Under the pieces are notes generated by a model. It saw only the letters and a list, made by a program, of their open reading frames with translations. It was not told where the DNA came from and searched no databases. From Candidatus Arthromitus sp. SFB-mouse-Japan (lineage in GTDB: Bacteria; Bacillota; Clostridia; Clostridiales; Clostridiaceae), in contig NC_015913.1 in assembly GCF_000270205.1 (NCBI RefSeq), forward strand, positions 750,001 through 782,000: DNA of 32,000 nucleotides, given 5' to 3'. Both the position numbers and the translations under genes were made by a program. Shown piece by piece: positions 1-12,828 of the stretch (within the stretch, counting starts at the first letter, position 1; each line of letters starts with the position of its first letter).

Positions 1-1167
<1,167 letters not shown>

Positions 1168-1180
1168 TAATATAGTGTTA

Positions 1181-1220
1181 AAGGTTGACTCTATTAAGAG
1201 TCAACCTTTTACTGTTTTTT
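1181..1220 (+). terminator. Intrinsic terminator after the GH1 gene
   Basis: Perfect 11-bp stem AAGGTTGACTC / GAGTCAACCTT (1181-1191 / 1198-1208) with a 6-nt loop, followed by a T-rich tail (ttactgtttttt). Confidence 0.65.
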
Positions 1221-1228
1221 AAAATTAC

Positions 1229-1963
1229 TTAAAGAAATAGTATGATTAAAAAATATATAAGTGGTTGATGAATAACATATAAAGCTAGGGAGTTGCGTCC
1301 TATCCATTCAAGAGATTTGATTTTACTTATTTTTAAATATTTAAGGAATCCTTGACGCTTGAATATTTGGTATGAAAAGTATCCTGAAATATATAAGAAT
1401 ATCCATGGCATTAAAGAAAAATAATCAGTTGAATAAAAGTTTGGCATAGGAAATCCTAGATATGTAGTTATAGAATTTTTGTATAGATTACTTGGTAATT
1501 TTATTAAATTTAAATTATTAAATCCAAGATAACCATCATTAATATTTTTTGTTAGGAGAAATAACGCAATAGAAAGAATTAATCCAAATATTGATGGAAA
1601 CTTTTCTAAAAATTTTTTTGCAGGAATTATTAAAATTGCACATGATCCAAGTAGTGTTAGAATGCCAAATCTTACTCGATTTTCTGGCGTTGCAATCATT
1701 GTGACTATCTCTATTAAAATTCCAAGTCCTAAAATTATAATACCTCTTTTAAGTTTTCTAGTACCTAGAGGTTCACAAAAACCAGAGATAAAGATAAATG
1801 TGTAACATATAAATTGTTGCCATATGTATGAGATTTCTGACTCAAACCAAGGTATATCAAATCTAAATATATAAACTAAATCCCAAATGAAATGATAGAT
1901 AATCATATTTATTACTGCAAATCCTCTTATTCCATCTAGAATAAAATATCTTTTTTCATTCAT
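1229..1963 (-). CDS. Polytopic membrane protein, DUF1624 / heparan-alpha-glucosaminide N-acetyltransferase-like acyltransferase family
   Basis: The N-terminus RYFILDGIRGFAVINMIIYHF resembles the DUF1624 signature, and there are multiple TM segments. Start moved to ATG 1963 (MNEKRY), which has AAAGGA 9 nt upstream. The track start at 1996 is a TTG without an RBS. Confidence 0.6.
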   Translation of the reverse strand: MNEKRYFILDGIRGFAVINMIIYHFIWDLVYIFRFDIPWFESEISYIWQQFICYTFIFISGFCEPLGTRKLKRGIIILGLGILIEIVTMIATPENRVRFGILTLLGSCAILIIPAKKFLEKFPSIFGLILSIALFLLTKNINDGYLGFNNLNLIKLPSNLYKNSITTYLGFPMPNFYSTDYFSLMPWIFLYISGYFSYQIFKRQGFLKYLKISKIKSLEWIGRNSLALYVIHQPLIYFLIILFL

Positions 1964-2021
1964 TTTGATATATCCTTTCAAGATTAAATTTAGCAAATGT
2001 ATTTTATTTATATATCATTAT

Positions 2022-2447
2022 TTATTCGAAAAAATATTGTACTTTTGTTGCGTTAGAAATATTTGCATTATTGACTCTAGGCATTTTTAAACCTGTATAT
2101 GTATCTACAAAATCAGATCCATCTAGGTAAAGTTTCCACATTGGTCGTGGGAATATACCGTTTTGCATTGCACGTGCATTATTTGAAAACACCATCTCAT
2201 TTCTCAATTTTTGGAAATCATCTGTATCATTTAGATTAGATACACTTGCTGAAGTTCTAGTAGTCATGATAGGTTGACCAAACTCAAAAAATTTTCTAAA
2301 ATTTTCATTAAACATGTTGTTAAATGTTATATTGGGTAAACTTTTAGATCTTCTTAGAGGTGATGAGTTAGCATTAATAGTTGATAAGATAGTGAATGGT
2401 ATGCAAGCAATAATTGTGTTTTTAATAATTTTTCTTAAAGTATTCAT
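2022..2447 (-). CDS. Hypothetical small secreted protein (N-terminal signal peptide)
   Basis: 141-aa ORF with a hydrophobic N-terminal signal-like segment (KNTIIACIPFTILSTINANS). AAGAGGG lies upstream of the ATG. No recognisable domain. Confidence 0.55.
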   Translation of the reverse strand: MNTLRKIIKNTIIACIPFTILSTINANSSPLRRSKSLPNITFNNMFNENFRKFFEFGQPIMTTRTSASVSNLNDTDDFQKLRNEMVFSNNARAMQNGIFPRPMWKLYLDGSDFVDTYTGLKMPRVNNANISNATKVQYFFE

Positions 2448-2706
2448 GTTTATTTTATACCCTCTTACTATAAATTTTATCTTATGTGTTTATTAGTTTT
2501 TATGAGAGAATATTAAGAATTGAAAGAACAATAAGATAATTAATAATTTAATTAATACAATTATATAACATTCAAAGATTAATGCAATATTTTGAATTAC
2601 TTAGTATATCTTTAGAAAATGTATTTTATAGTATAGGATGGGCAAATTATTTAAGACTAGTTAAATAAGATTTGTTAATAATGTGGTTATATAAGGGGAA
2701 TTTTTT

Positions 2707-3039
2707 ATGCGTCCATGGTATTTTGAGGAATCAGAGTTTGATGGAAAATTAGCAGAACTTTTGGGTATTAATATACTATCATTTTTACTTATTATTGTAA
2801 CTTTAGGAATTGGTTTTTCATGGGCTATGTGTATGAAGGAAAAATATAGGATTAATCACACTATAATTAATGGACAAAGGTTAAGTTTTGTTGGGAGAGG
2901 TGGAGATTTATTTGTTAATTGGCTTAAATGGATTCTTCTAACAATAATAACATTAGGAATATATGGTTTTTTATTGAGTATAAAACTGAGACAGTGGAAG
3001 GTAAGGAATACCATATTTGATTCTTATAAAGTGGGATAG
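2707..3039 (+). CDS. Small two-TM membrane protein, DUF898/YjgN-like
   Basis: RBS AAGGGGAA lies 6 nt upstream of the ATG. Two hydrophobic helices carry the ...TLGIG... and ...TLGIYGF... pattern typical of DUF898 repeats. Confidence 0.55.
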   Translation: MRPWYFEESEFDGKLAELLGINILSFLLIIVTLGIGFSWAMCMKEKYRINHTIINGQRLSFVGRGGDLFVNWLKWILLTIITLGIYGFLLSIKLRQWKVRNTIFDSYKVG

Positions 3040-3063
3040 CTATTAGCTATCTCACTTTTTTTT
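3031..3063 (+). terminator. Intrinsic terminator; stop codon of the 2707 gene sits in the 5' arm
   Basis: 10-bp stem GTGGGATAGC / GCTATCTCAC (one G-U pair), 5-nt loop, then T8. Confidence 0.8.
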
Positions 3064-3516
3064 AAATATAGATTAGGTGCGGTAAATAACAAATTTCTTA
3101 TTATTTTGCATTTTAAATGAAGATATTTGATAAAATATTGATAAAATTGACATTTTGGTAGTTGACAGCCGTTTTTTTTTATAATAGTTGCGATATTTGT
3201 TTATGGAGGTTAAATTATGTGTCGTTTTAGATGTTGAAGTTTATAAATAGAAAGGGGAGTTATTTTAGAACATTTTATAAAATTCATGTATTCGCTTTAT
3301 ATCTTTTAGTTATACATTCAAGTATGTGAGTTATGGGGAAAATGAATCTATACGTTTTGATATAAAAAGTTGGACATAGCTAATTTAAATAATTTTGTGG
3401 AATATCTTTTTTCAAAAGGTGGATTGTCTACATAAGAAAACCTTCAAATTCTTTTTTGGAAATGTAATCGTACTAAAGGAGCTAAATTAATTAGTTGATT
3501 TTAAGGAGGATAAAAT

Positions 3517-4122
3517 ATGTTAATAAAATTATTAATAATGATGTTTATTGTAGCTGGAATTGGTGTTTCAACTGTTTCTTGCGGTTCAAATAATAATACT
3601 AATAGTACAAGCAATGTAATGAATAATCAAGATTCAACTAATGTAGAGGATAAAGTATCTGAACCTAAGAAAGAAGATAAAAAGGATATGACTTCAGCAG
3701 AGCTAGATGAGGCATTGAATAATCAACCTGTGAAAATTATAAGAACTGAGTATATTTCTCAAGAGGATCAATTTTTACGTCCTGATCTTTTGTCCGCAGT
3801 TTTTCAGAATGATAGTGGTGTTGATATAAAAAATGCTGTATTAGGATATGTAGCATGGGATAGTAATAATCTTCCGGTTAAAATACAAAGTCAATACGAT
3901 TTTACCGATGGAGAGTATTTTAAGAAAGTAAATTATAGTGATGTTAATTTAGTTAATGGAGCATCTTATGGTGAAAATGGAGGTTTGTCTATAGGTAATG
4001 ATAATATCGCAAAATTTAAAGCGATAGTAGTTTCCTATACTGATTTTGATGGAAATATATGGGACAATCCTTTGTTAGAAGAATTTCAAAAATTATATGA
4101 AGATAAGAAATTAGCTGAATAG
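3517..4122 (+). CDS. Hypothetical lipoprotein
   Basis: Strong RBS AAGGAGGA. Signal peptide ends in a lipobox-like STVSC followed by GS, then a low-complexity N/S/T/K/E linker and a roughly 130-aa globular part. No domain recognised with confidence. Confidence 0.7.
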   Translation: MLIKLLIMMFIVAGIGVSTVSCGSNNNTNSTSNVMNNQDSTNVEDKVSEPKKEDKKDMTSAELDEALNNQPVKIIRTEYISQEDQFLRPDLLSAVFQNDSGVDIKNAVLGYVAWDSNNLPVKIQSQYDFTDGEYFKKVNYSDVNLVNGASYGENGGLSIGNDNIAKFKAIVVSYTDFDGNIWDNPLLEEFQKLYEDKKLAE

Positions 4123-4160
4123 ATTAAATTTATTATACTTTAGGGAGAAAGTTATTAATT

Positions 4161-4502
4161 ATGAAGAGAAGTAAATTGTTATTAGTATCTGCTATATTGA
4201 GTACTCTTTATTTAATATATATTTTCATTTATTTTTTTAATGGTATATCTTCATCTTCAAATGGAGCAGAAGCATTAGGAGTAGGTTTAGCAGGTGTTTT
4301 GGTTGCACCACATATTCTTTTTGTTGGATTGGGTGTTTTGTTTAATTGGATAGGATGGGGAATGAATAAAAGATGGGCAGCATTAGTATCAGGCATATTA
4401 TACTTTGTATCTATTTTCCTTATGATTTTATATGCGATATTTGTTATTGTACAAGTTATTTTGTGTTTTGTTGGATATGCTAAAATGAAAAAAGAAGGAT
4501 AG
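4161..4502 (+). CDS. Hypothetical small integral membrane protein (3-4 TM)
   Basis: 113-aa hydrophobic ORF 38 nt after the lipoprotein gene with no intervening terminator, so probably co-transcribed. Confidence 0.6.
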   Translation: MKRSKLLLVSAILSTLYLIYIFIYFFNGISSSSNGAEALGVGLAGVLVAPHILFVGLGVLFNWIGWGMNKRWAALVSGILYFVSIFLMILYAIFVIVQVILCFVGYAKMKKEG

Positions 4503-4524
4503 CTAATTGGCTATCCTTCTTTTT
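4492..4524 (+). terminator. Intrinsic terminator; stop codon of the 4161 gene sits in the 5' arm
   Basis: Perfect 12-bp stem AAGAAGGATAGC / GCTATCCTTCTT with a 6-nt loop and a T-run. Confidence 0.8.
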
Positions 4525-4533
4525 ATATGATAT

Positions 4534-4575
4534 TTGACAAAATAAGGACAATCCGCTATAATGAACATTGTTCAT
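4534..4575 (+). promoter_or_regulatory. Sigma-A type promoter of the TetR gene, with overlapping palindromic operator
   Basis: TTGACA (4534-4539), 17 nt, TATAAT (4557-4562). The perfect 15-nt palindrome ATGAACATTGTTCAT (4561-4575) overlaps the -10/+1 region. RBS GAGGTG follows, then ATG 4590. Confidence 0.7.
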
Positions 4576-4589
4576 ATTGAGGTGATTAG

Positions 4590-5144
4590 ATGAATACAGT
4601 TGTTACATCAAAAGAGGATATTTTGAAAGCTAGCCGAGAATTAATTAGGAAACAAGTATGTTCTGTTATTAATATTCGTTCTGTTGCGGCGGCTTGTGGA
4701 GTGTCAGTAGGGTCTATTTACAATTATTTTGATTCTAAAGCTGAGCTTGAAGGGGCTACTATAGAAAGTATATGGTATGAAATTTTTCAATGTAAGGGTA
4801 GTGAAGTATTTAAGGATACGCAAGATTATATTAGATGGATGTATAATCAGATGGAGTATGGATGTCAACAATATCCCGGATTTTTTACGTTTCACTCTTT
4901 GAGTTTTATGTATGAAGATAAATCTAGTGCTAAATGGAGAATGCAAAGAGTTTGGCAATATATTATAGATAGGCTGTGTTGTGTTTTGAAACAGGATAAG
5001 AGAATCAGGATTGATGCTTTTACGAAGCAGTTTACTGTTGAAAAATTTGCAGATGTATTATTTTCTCTTATACTATCTAATTTGTTAAAGAAGGATTATA
5101 ATCCAGCTACTGTACTGGAAATAATTAATAGGACTATTTATTAA
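4590..5144 (+). CDS. TetR/AcrR family transcriptional regulator
   Basis: N-terminal HTH with the typical ...IRSVAAACGVSVGSIYNYFDSKAEL... signature. 184 aa. Confidence 0.85.
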   Translation: MNTVVTSKEDILKASRELIRKQVCSVINIRSVAAACGVSVGSIYNYFDSKAELEGATIESIWYEIFQCKGSEVFKDTQDYIRWMYNQMEYGCQQYPGFFTFHSLSFMYEDKSSAKWRMQRVWQYIIDRLCCVLKQDKRIRIDAFTKQFTVEKFADVLFSLILSNLLKKDYNPATVLEIINRTIY

Positions 5145-5180
5145 AATTCTACTGAGGTTAGTATTTTTTATATAGTAAAT

Positions 5181-5193
5181 TGAACAATGTTCA
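5181..5193 (+). promoter_or_regulatory. Second copy of the TetR-type operator, upstream of the DUF2871-like gene
   Basis: Palindrome TGAACAATGTTCA has the same TGAACA/TGTTCA half-sites as 4561-4575. It overlaps a possible -35 (TTGAAC 5180-5185), with TAGATT 18 nt downstream. Confidence 0.55.
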
Positions 5194-5292
5194 TTAAAGT
5201 AGGTAGATTATAAAAGTGGAATGAAATACCTTGTTGTTGTTTGATATTACCATGATTTAAAATGAAATGTAAGTAAAGGAGAGGAATAAATT

Positions 5293-5712
5293 ATGAAACG
5301 TTATATAAATATGGCTATACTATATTCTATTCTTGCGATGGTTGGTGGTGTATTTTATCGAGAGTTTACTAAATTCAATGTATATACTGAAAAAACTGTT
5401 CTTTCGGTCATTCATACTCATTATTTCTTTTTAGGTATGGCATTCTTCTTATTGTTACTCTTGTTAGAAAAGAGTTTTTCTTTTACTAATGCAAAGACTG
5501 TGCGTATATTAACTGTTTATCATATTGGATTAAATTTGACTGTTGCGATGTTTGTTGTGCGAGGAATCATTCAAGTTTTTTCGTATGTTCTTTCTGCTGG
5601 AATAAATGCAGCAATTTCTGGAATTGCTGGAATTGGTCATATTTTATTAGGTGTTAGTATAGTTCTCCTGTTATTGCAAATTAGAGATAGTGTTTTGAGA
5701 GTACAGGCTTGA
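5293..5712 (+). CDS. DUF2871-like integral membrane protein
   Basis: RBS AAAGGAGAGG. 139 aa with 4 TM helices. GGVFYREFTKFN and HTHYFFLGM motifs match my recollection of DUF2871. Confidence 0.65.
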   Translation: MKRYINMAILYSILAMVGGVFYREFTKFNVYTEKTVLSVIHTHYFFLGMAFFLLLLLLEKSFSFTNAKTVRILTVYHIGLNLTVAMFVVRGIIQVFSYVLSAGINAAISGIAGIGHILLGVSIVLLLLQIRDSVLRVQA

Positions 5713-5785
5713 TTTGACATATGGGGATTTGAATGTTGAAAAAAGTTGATAAATATTAATTATAATTAATGAAGGATGGATGAAA

Positions 5786-6217
5786 ATGAAACTTGTTGTA
5801 AAGTATTTTGATGATTTGACAACTAAGGAGCTATATGAACTTTTGAAAGCAAGAATATCAATTTTTGTGTTAGAACAAAATCGTGTGTATCAAGATTTAG
5901 ACGATAAAGATTATCATAGTCTTCATGTATTTTTTGAAGATAATGGAGAAGTAGTTGCATGTCTTAGAGCTTTTTTGAAGGAAGATAACGTTGTACAGAT
6001 AGGAAGAGTATTAACACTTTATCATGGTAATGGACTTGGAGGTAAACTTTTGAAAGAGGGTATTGCACAAATTCAGAATAAGATGAATCCTAAGAAAATT
6101 TATATTGAAGCACAATGCTATGCAACAGGATTTTATGAACGCGAAGGATTTAAGATTTGTTCTGAGGAGTTTCTAAAAGATGGGATTCCCCACGTCGCAA
6201 TGGATTTGAAATTATAA
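5786..6217 (+). CDS. GNAT family N-acetyltransferase, ElaA-like
   Basis: ElaA-like pattern ...ELYELLKARISIFVLEQNRVYQDLDDKDYHSLHV... plus a GNAT motif A region (RVLTLYHGNGLGGKLL). ATG 5786 is preferred over ATG 5780 because GAAGGA (5771-5776) is only 3 nt from 5780. Confidence 0.8.
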   Translation: MKLVVKYFDDLTTKELYELLKARISIFVLEQNRVYQDLDDKDYHSLHVFFEDNGEVVACLRAFLKEDNVVQIGRVLTLYHGNGLGGKLLKEGIAQIQNKMNPKKIYIEAQCYATGFYEREGFKICSEEFLKDGIPHVAMDLKL

Positions 6218-6295
6218 ATTCTATAAAAATTATTTTATTGATTGACTTACATTCTTAATTATTATAAAATGTTTGTTGGTAAGTGAATTAAATTT

Positions 6296-6323
6296 GGCTG
6301 TTACTGGTAATGCAGGCAAGACC
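6296..6323 (+). promoter_or_regulatory. RAT (ribonucleic antiterminator) element, target of a BglG/LicT-type antiterminator
   Basis: GGCTGTTACTGGTAATGCAGGCAAGACC closely matches the Bacillus RAT consensus (GGnTTGTTACTG....GCAGGCAAnACC). Its 3' end overlaps the 5' arm of the following terminator. Confidence 0.85.
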
Positions 6324-6374
6324 ACACAATAAATCATCTATATATAGATGTTTTCTTGTTGTGGTCTTTTTTTT
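6318..6374 (+). terminator. Conditional intrinsic terminator partly overlapping the RAT
   Basis: Arms AAGACCACACAA (6318-6329) and TTGTTGTGGTCTT (6356-6368) pair with one imperfection and are followed by T8. This is the classic RAT/terminator arrangement in the leader of a PTS gene. Confidence 0.8.
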
Positions 6375-6409
6375 ATTGTCAATAATTTAATTGGGAAAGA
6401 TGATGTTTA

Positions 6410-9704
<3,295 letters not shown>

Positions 9705-9733
9705 AATAAAAGTGTTGACGTATCTTTAGGGGA

Positions 9734-10573
9734 GTGGAAAAATTGATTGTAGAGAAGATTCTAAATAACAATTTGATTTTAACGATAGATGAAAATGGAA
9801 TTGAACAAATTGTTATGGGCAAGGGACTCAGATTTATAAATCAAGTTGGTAAAGAGTTAAGACAAGAACAAATTCAAAAGGTTTACATATTGAAGGATGA
9901 AAATATAACAAAGCAATATATACGTTTGTTAAGAGATATTCCAAGTTCCTCAGCTGAAATAATTGAAGAAGCTTTACAAATTGCCTATGAATCCTTTCCT
10001 GATACTTTAAGTGATCAATTATTCGTGACTTTATTTGATCATTTAGTGTATGCTCTAGAGAGATACGAAAAAAATATATTCTTGCCTAATAGGTTACTTT
10101 GGGAAGTGAAAAGATTTTATCCTAATGAATATGTCGTAGGAGAGAAAATTCGAAAATTTTTGAATAAGCAATTAAATATTAATTTACCTGAAGAAGAGAG
10201 TGGTAACATTGCTTTTCATATTGTTAATGCTCGTATGCAAGATTTTAATATTAAAAAAACTTTGTGTACGGTAAATTTATTAAAAGATATATGTGGGATT
10301 ATTCAGTTTTCCTTTGGGAAGCAAATAAATGAAGATTCCATACATTACTCTAGATTTTTAACACATATACAATTTTTCATACAACGTGTTTTGGATAATA
10401 AAATGTTAGATGGTCAACATGTAAATATTTTGAAAGCAGTTATAGATGAAAATTTAGCAGCTTATAGTTGTGCAAAGAGGGTAGCAAGTTATATACAGAA
10501 AAATTTAAATATTGAAACATCACAGGAAGAACTCATGTATCTCACACTGCACATTGAACGGATAATGCGATAA
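9734..10573 (+). CDS. licT: BglG/LicT/SacY family transcription antiterminator (CAT RNA-binding domain + PRD1 + PRD2)
   Basis: GTG start after the GGGGAG RBS. CAT-like N-terminus (VEKILNNNLILTIDENGIEQIVMGKGLRF). All four regulatory His contexts are present (FDHLVYA, IAFHIVNA, FLTHIQFF, LTLHIERI). Confidence 0.9.
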   Translation: MEKLIVEKILNNNLILTIDENGIEQIVMGKGLRFINQVGKELRQEQIQKVYILKDENITKQYIRLLRDIPSSSAEIIEEALQIAYESFPDTLSDQLFVTLFDHLVYALERYEKNIFLPNRLLWEVKRFYPNEYVVGEKIRKFLNKQLNINLPEEESGNIAFHIVNARMQDFNIKKTLCTVNLLKDICGIIQFSFGKQINEDSIHYSRFLTHIQFFIQRVLDNKMLDGQHVNILKAVIDENLAAYSCAKRVASYIQKNLNIETSQEELMYLTLHIERIMR

Positions 10574-10608
10574 AATATAGTAGATGAAAAATTGTTATTT
10601 ATATAAAT

Positions 10609-10654
10609 AAAGGACTTTTGATATGCTTTTAGGGATCAGAAGTCCTTATTGTTT
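10609..10654 (+). terminator. Intrinsic terminator ending the bgl operon
   Basis: 13-bp stem AAGGACTTTTGAT / ATCAGAAGTCCTT (one G-U pair) followed by a T-rich tail (ATTGTTTT). Confidence 0.7.
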
Positions 10655-10690
10655 TATGTAATTTAATAGAGATAAGTATTTTTAAAATGA

Positions 10691-10719
10691 TTGTTAAGGA
10701 ATTAATCTTAATTTATAAT
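10691..10719 (+). promoter_or_regulatory. Probable sigma-A promoter of the PRD-regulator gene
   Basis: TTGTTA (10691-10696), 17 nt, TATAAT (10714-10719). Confidence 0.5.
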
Positions 10720-10766
10720 GTTTTAAAATAGTAAATTTTTTATTTTCTATGTTTGGGGGTGCAAGG

Positions 10767-12794
10767 ATGGCAGTGTGTAACCTTAGTGAACGGTGTAAGA
10801 AAATTATACAAGTTCTTTTGAGGGAGAATGATTATGTTTCACTTAAGAAAATTGCAGATATAACGGGAGTGTCTAGAAGGAGTATTTATTATGATTTGTG
10901 CAATATTAATGAATGGCTAGACGAACAAGGAATAAAAGAACTTAGAGTTGAGCGAGGAAAGGGAATTTTACTTTCTCAAGAGGACAAGTTAAAAATTAAA
11001 GAATCTCTGGGGAAGAAAAGTTCAGAAGATTATCATGTGTTCTTGCATTCAGAAAGAGTTAAAATTAATATTTGTTATATTATATATAGCAAGGATCCTG
11101 TATATATAAATCATATTATGGATGCATGTAAAGTTAGTCGGAATACTGTATTTGGTGATATGAGGATTGTTATCCAAAAGCTTCGTGAATACGATTTAGA
11201 TTTAAAATATGAAGCTAAGAAAGGATATGAAGTATGTGGAGATGCTGTTAGAAAATGTGCTTTATTTTTTTTATACTTCAATACCTTGAGGCCTTTATTT
11301 GATAATGGAACTCTTAAATTTTTCGATAGAGATGAGATACATAAACATTATGAGCGTTTGAATTCATTGAAGAGTGAATTGAAAGTTGAATATATGGAAG
11401 GAGACTTATTATCTTTGGCAGCTTTGATGCCTGTTATGCGTAATTGCAGAGAGAAATTATATTTTGCTGGATTAAAGAAGGATGAAATTTTTCGATCTAG
11501 AGAATTCCAACTGGTTGAAAAATATTTTTATGAGTTAGAGGAGGAGGAAAAAGTATATTTGAGTCTTCATTTACTCGGATCACGTGTATCGGTAGTAACA
11601 GATAAGTTTTTTGAAGATAGAGCCGATCAATCAGTATATGGAATTACAAAATCTCTTGTAACAGAATTTGAAAGGACTGCGTGTGTTAATTTTGAAAATA
11701 AGGAGGAGCTAGAGCGGGCATTATTTGTTCATATTAAAACATCTATGTATCGTTATAAATATGGAATACAAATTGGAAATCCATTGAGAGATGATATTGT
11801 TAGAGAGTATCCGAATTTGTTTGATATTACAAAAAAGGTATCCCAATATTTAGAACAAATGATTGGTTTACCAATACCAGATAGTGAAGTAGCTTATCTT
11901 TCATTACATTTTGGTGCATATTTAAAGGTTTCTAAATGTCAAGGGAACAAGCTCCGTATATTAATTGTGTGTGTTAATGGAACTTCAACGGGGAATATGA
12001 TAAAGCGTGAAGTAGTTAAATTGATTTCAGATGTAGAAATTGTTGGTGTTGTATCGGCTGTAGATATAATTAACGCACAAAATATTTGTGATCTCATAAT
12101 TTCGACGGTGAACATTAAAAGTATAGTTCCAGTTATCGTAGTTAATCCTATACTTATGGATGAAGATAAAGATTATATATTGAATCATTATATGGTGAAT
12201 GGAATACAGAAGAATAAAATCTACAATATATTATTTGATACAATAAAAAAGTATGTAGATCATTCACAGCATGATAATTTAAAGAAAGATATTATTCATT
12301 GTTTACAAGGTCAGTCAAAAAGTCTTGATATTGCTTTATTAGAAAAGGAAAATGGAATACTGGAATGTCTAACTTTATCAAAGATAGCAGTAATTCAAGA
12401 TAGTTTTATGTGGCAAGATAGCATTTATATTGCAGGCAAATATCTTGTTGAAAGTGGAAGTATAGAAAAAAGATATTTAGACGTTATGATTTCCCAAACA
12501 ATGTACTATGGACCTTATATGTTTATAACTGATAGAGTTATGCTTGCACATGCAAAGCCTGAAGATGGGGTAAATAGGATGGATATTTCTATGACTATAT
12601 TTAAAAACCCAATTTTCTTTAAAGAAGGGAAACGAGCTGAGATTATATTTGTTTTGGCTACAGTAGATCATGAAAGACATTTAAAAATTCTGAATGATGT
12701 TTTTAAAATTGCTGAGAATTCAGAAAATATTAGAAGGATTGTTAATGCTAGTACGGAAATAGGAGTCTTTGAAATTTTGAATGAAATATTATAG
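10767..12794 (+). CDS. PRD-domain transcriptional regulator of the MtlR/LicR type (HTH - PRD x2 - EIIB-like - EIIA-like)
   Basis: N-terminal HTH (VSLKKIADITGVSRRSIYYDL). PRD His contexts (YLSLHLLGS, AYLSLHFGAYL). EIIB-like LRILIVCVNGTSTGNMIK. C-terminal PTS EIIA type-2-like MLAHAKPEDGV. ATG 10767 is preferred because GGGGG lies 7 nt upstream, whereas ATG 10749 has no RBS. Confidence 0.85.
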   Translation: MAVCNLSERCKKIIQVLLRENDYVSLKKIADITGVSRRSIYYDLCNINEWLDEQGIKELRVERGKGILLSQEDKLKIKESLGKKSSEDYHVFLHSERVKINICYIIYSKDPVYINHIMDACKVSRNTVFGDMRIVIQKLREYDLDLKYEAKKGYEVCGDAVRKCALFFLYFNTLRPLFDNGTLKFFDRDEIHKHYERLNSLKSELKVEYMEGDLLSLAALMPVMRNCREKLYFAGLKKDEIFRSREFQLVEKYFYELEEEEKVYLSLHLLGSRVSVVTDKFFEDRADQSVYGITKSLVTEFERTACVNFENKEELERALFVHIKTSMYRYKYGIQIGNPLRDDIVREYPNLFDITKKVSQYLEQMIGLPIPDSEVAYLSLHFGAYLKVSKCQGNKLRILIVCVNGTSTGNMIKREVVKLISDVEIVGVVSAVDIINAQNICDLIISTVNIKSIVPVIVVNPILMDEDKDYILNHYMVNGIQKNKIYNILFDTIKKYVDHSQHDNLKKDIIHCLQGQSKSLDIALLEKENGILECLTLSKIAVIQDSFMWQDSIYIAGKYLVESGSIEKRYLDVMISQTMYYGPYMFITDRVMLAHAKPEDGVNRMDISMTIFKNPIFFKEGKRAEIIFVLATVDHERHLKILNDVFKIAENSENIRRIVNASTEIGVFEILNEIL

Positions 12795-12828
12795 GGCATC
12801 ACATTTTAGGTGGTGTCCTTTTATTTTT
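12794..12828 (+). terminator. Intrinsic terminator after the regulator gene
   Basis: 9-bp stem GGGCATCAC / GTGGTGTCC (two G-U pairs), 7-nt loop, then TTTTATTTTT. Confidence 0.65.

Noticed and set aside
3172-3180. The T9 tract between TTGACA and TATAAT could be a phase-variation switch.
   Set aside because: The current spacer is 12 nt and would need about five extra T to reach a functional 17 nt. There is no evidence of length heterogeneity in a single sequence. It is kept only as a detail of the intergenic finding.
10749-10766. Upstream in-frame starts offered by the ORF track (10749, 23129, 25624, 18047, 1996, 5780, 64).
   Set aside because: In each case a downstream ATG has a properly spaced Shine-Dalgarno sequence and matches the homologs' N-termini. 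The upstream candidates are TTG/GTG or ATG codons without an RBS. Position 64 is simply internal to a gene truncated by the window edge.
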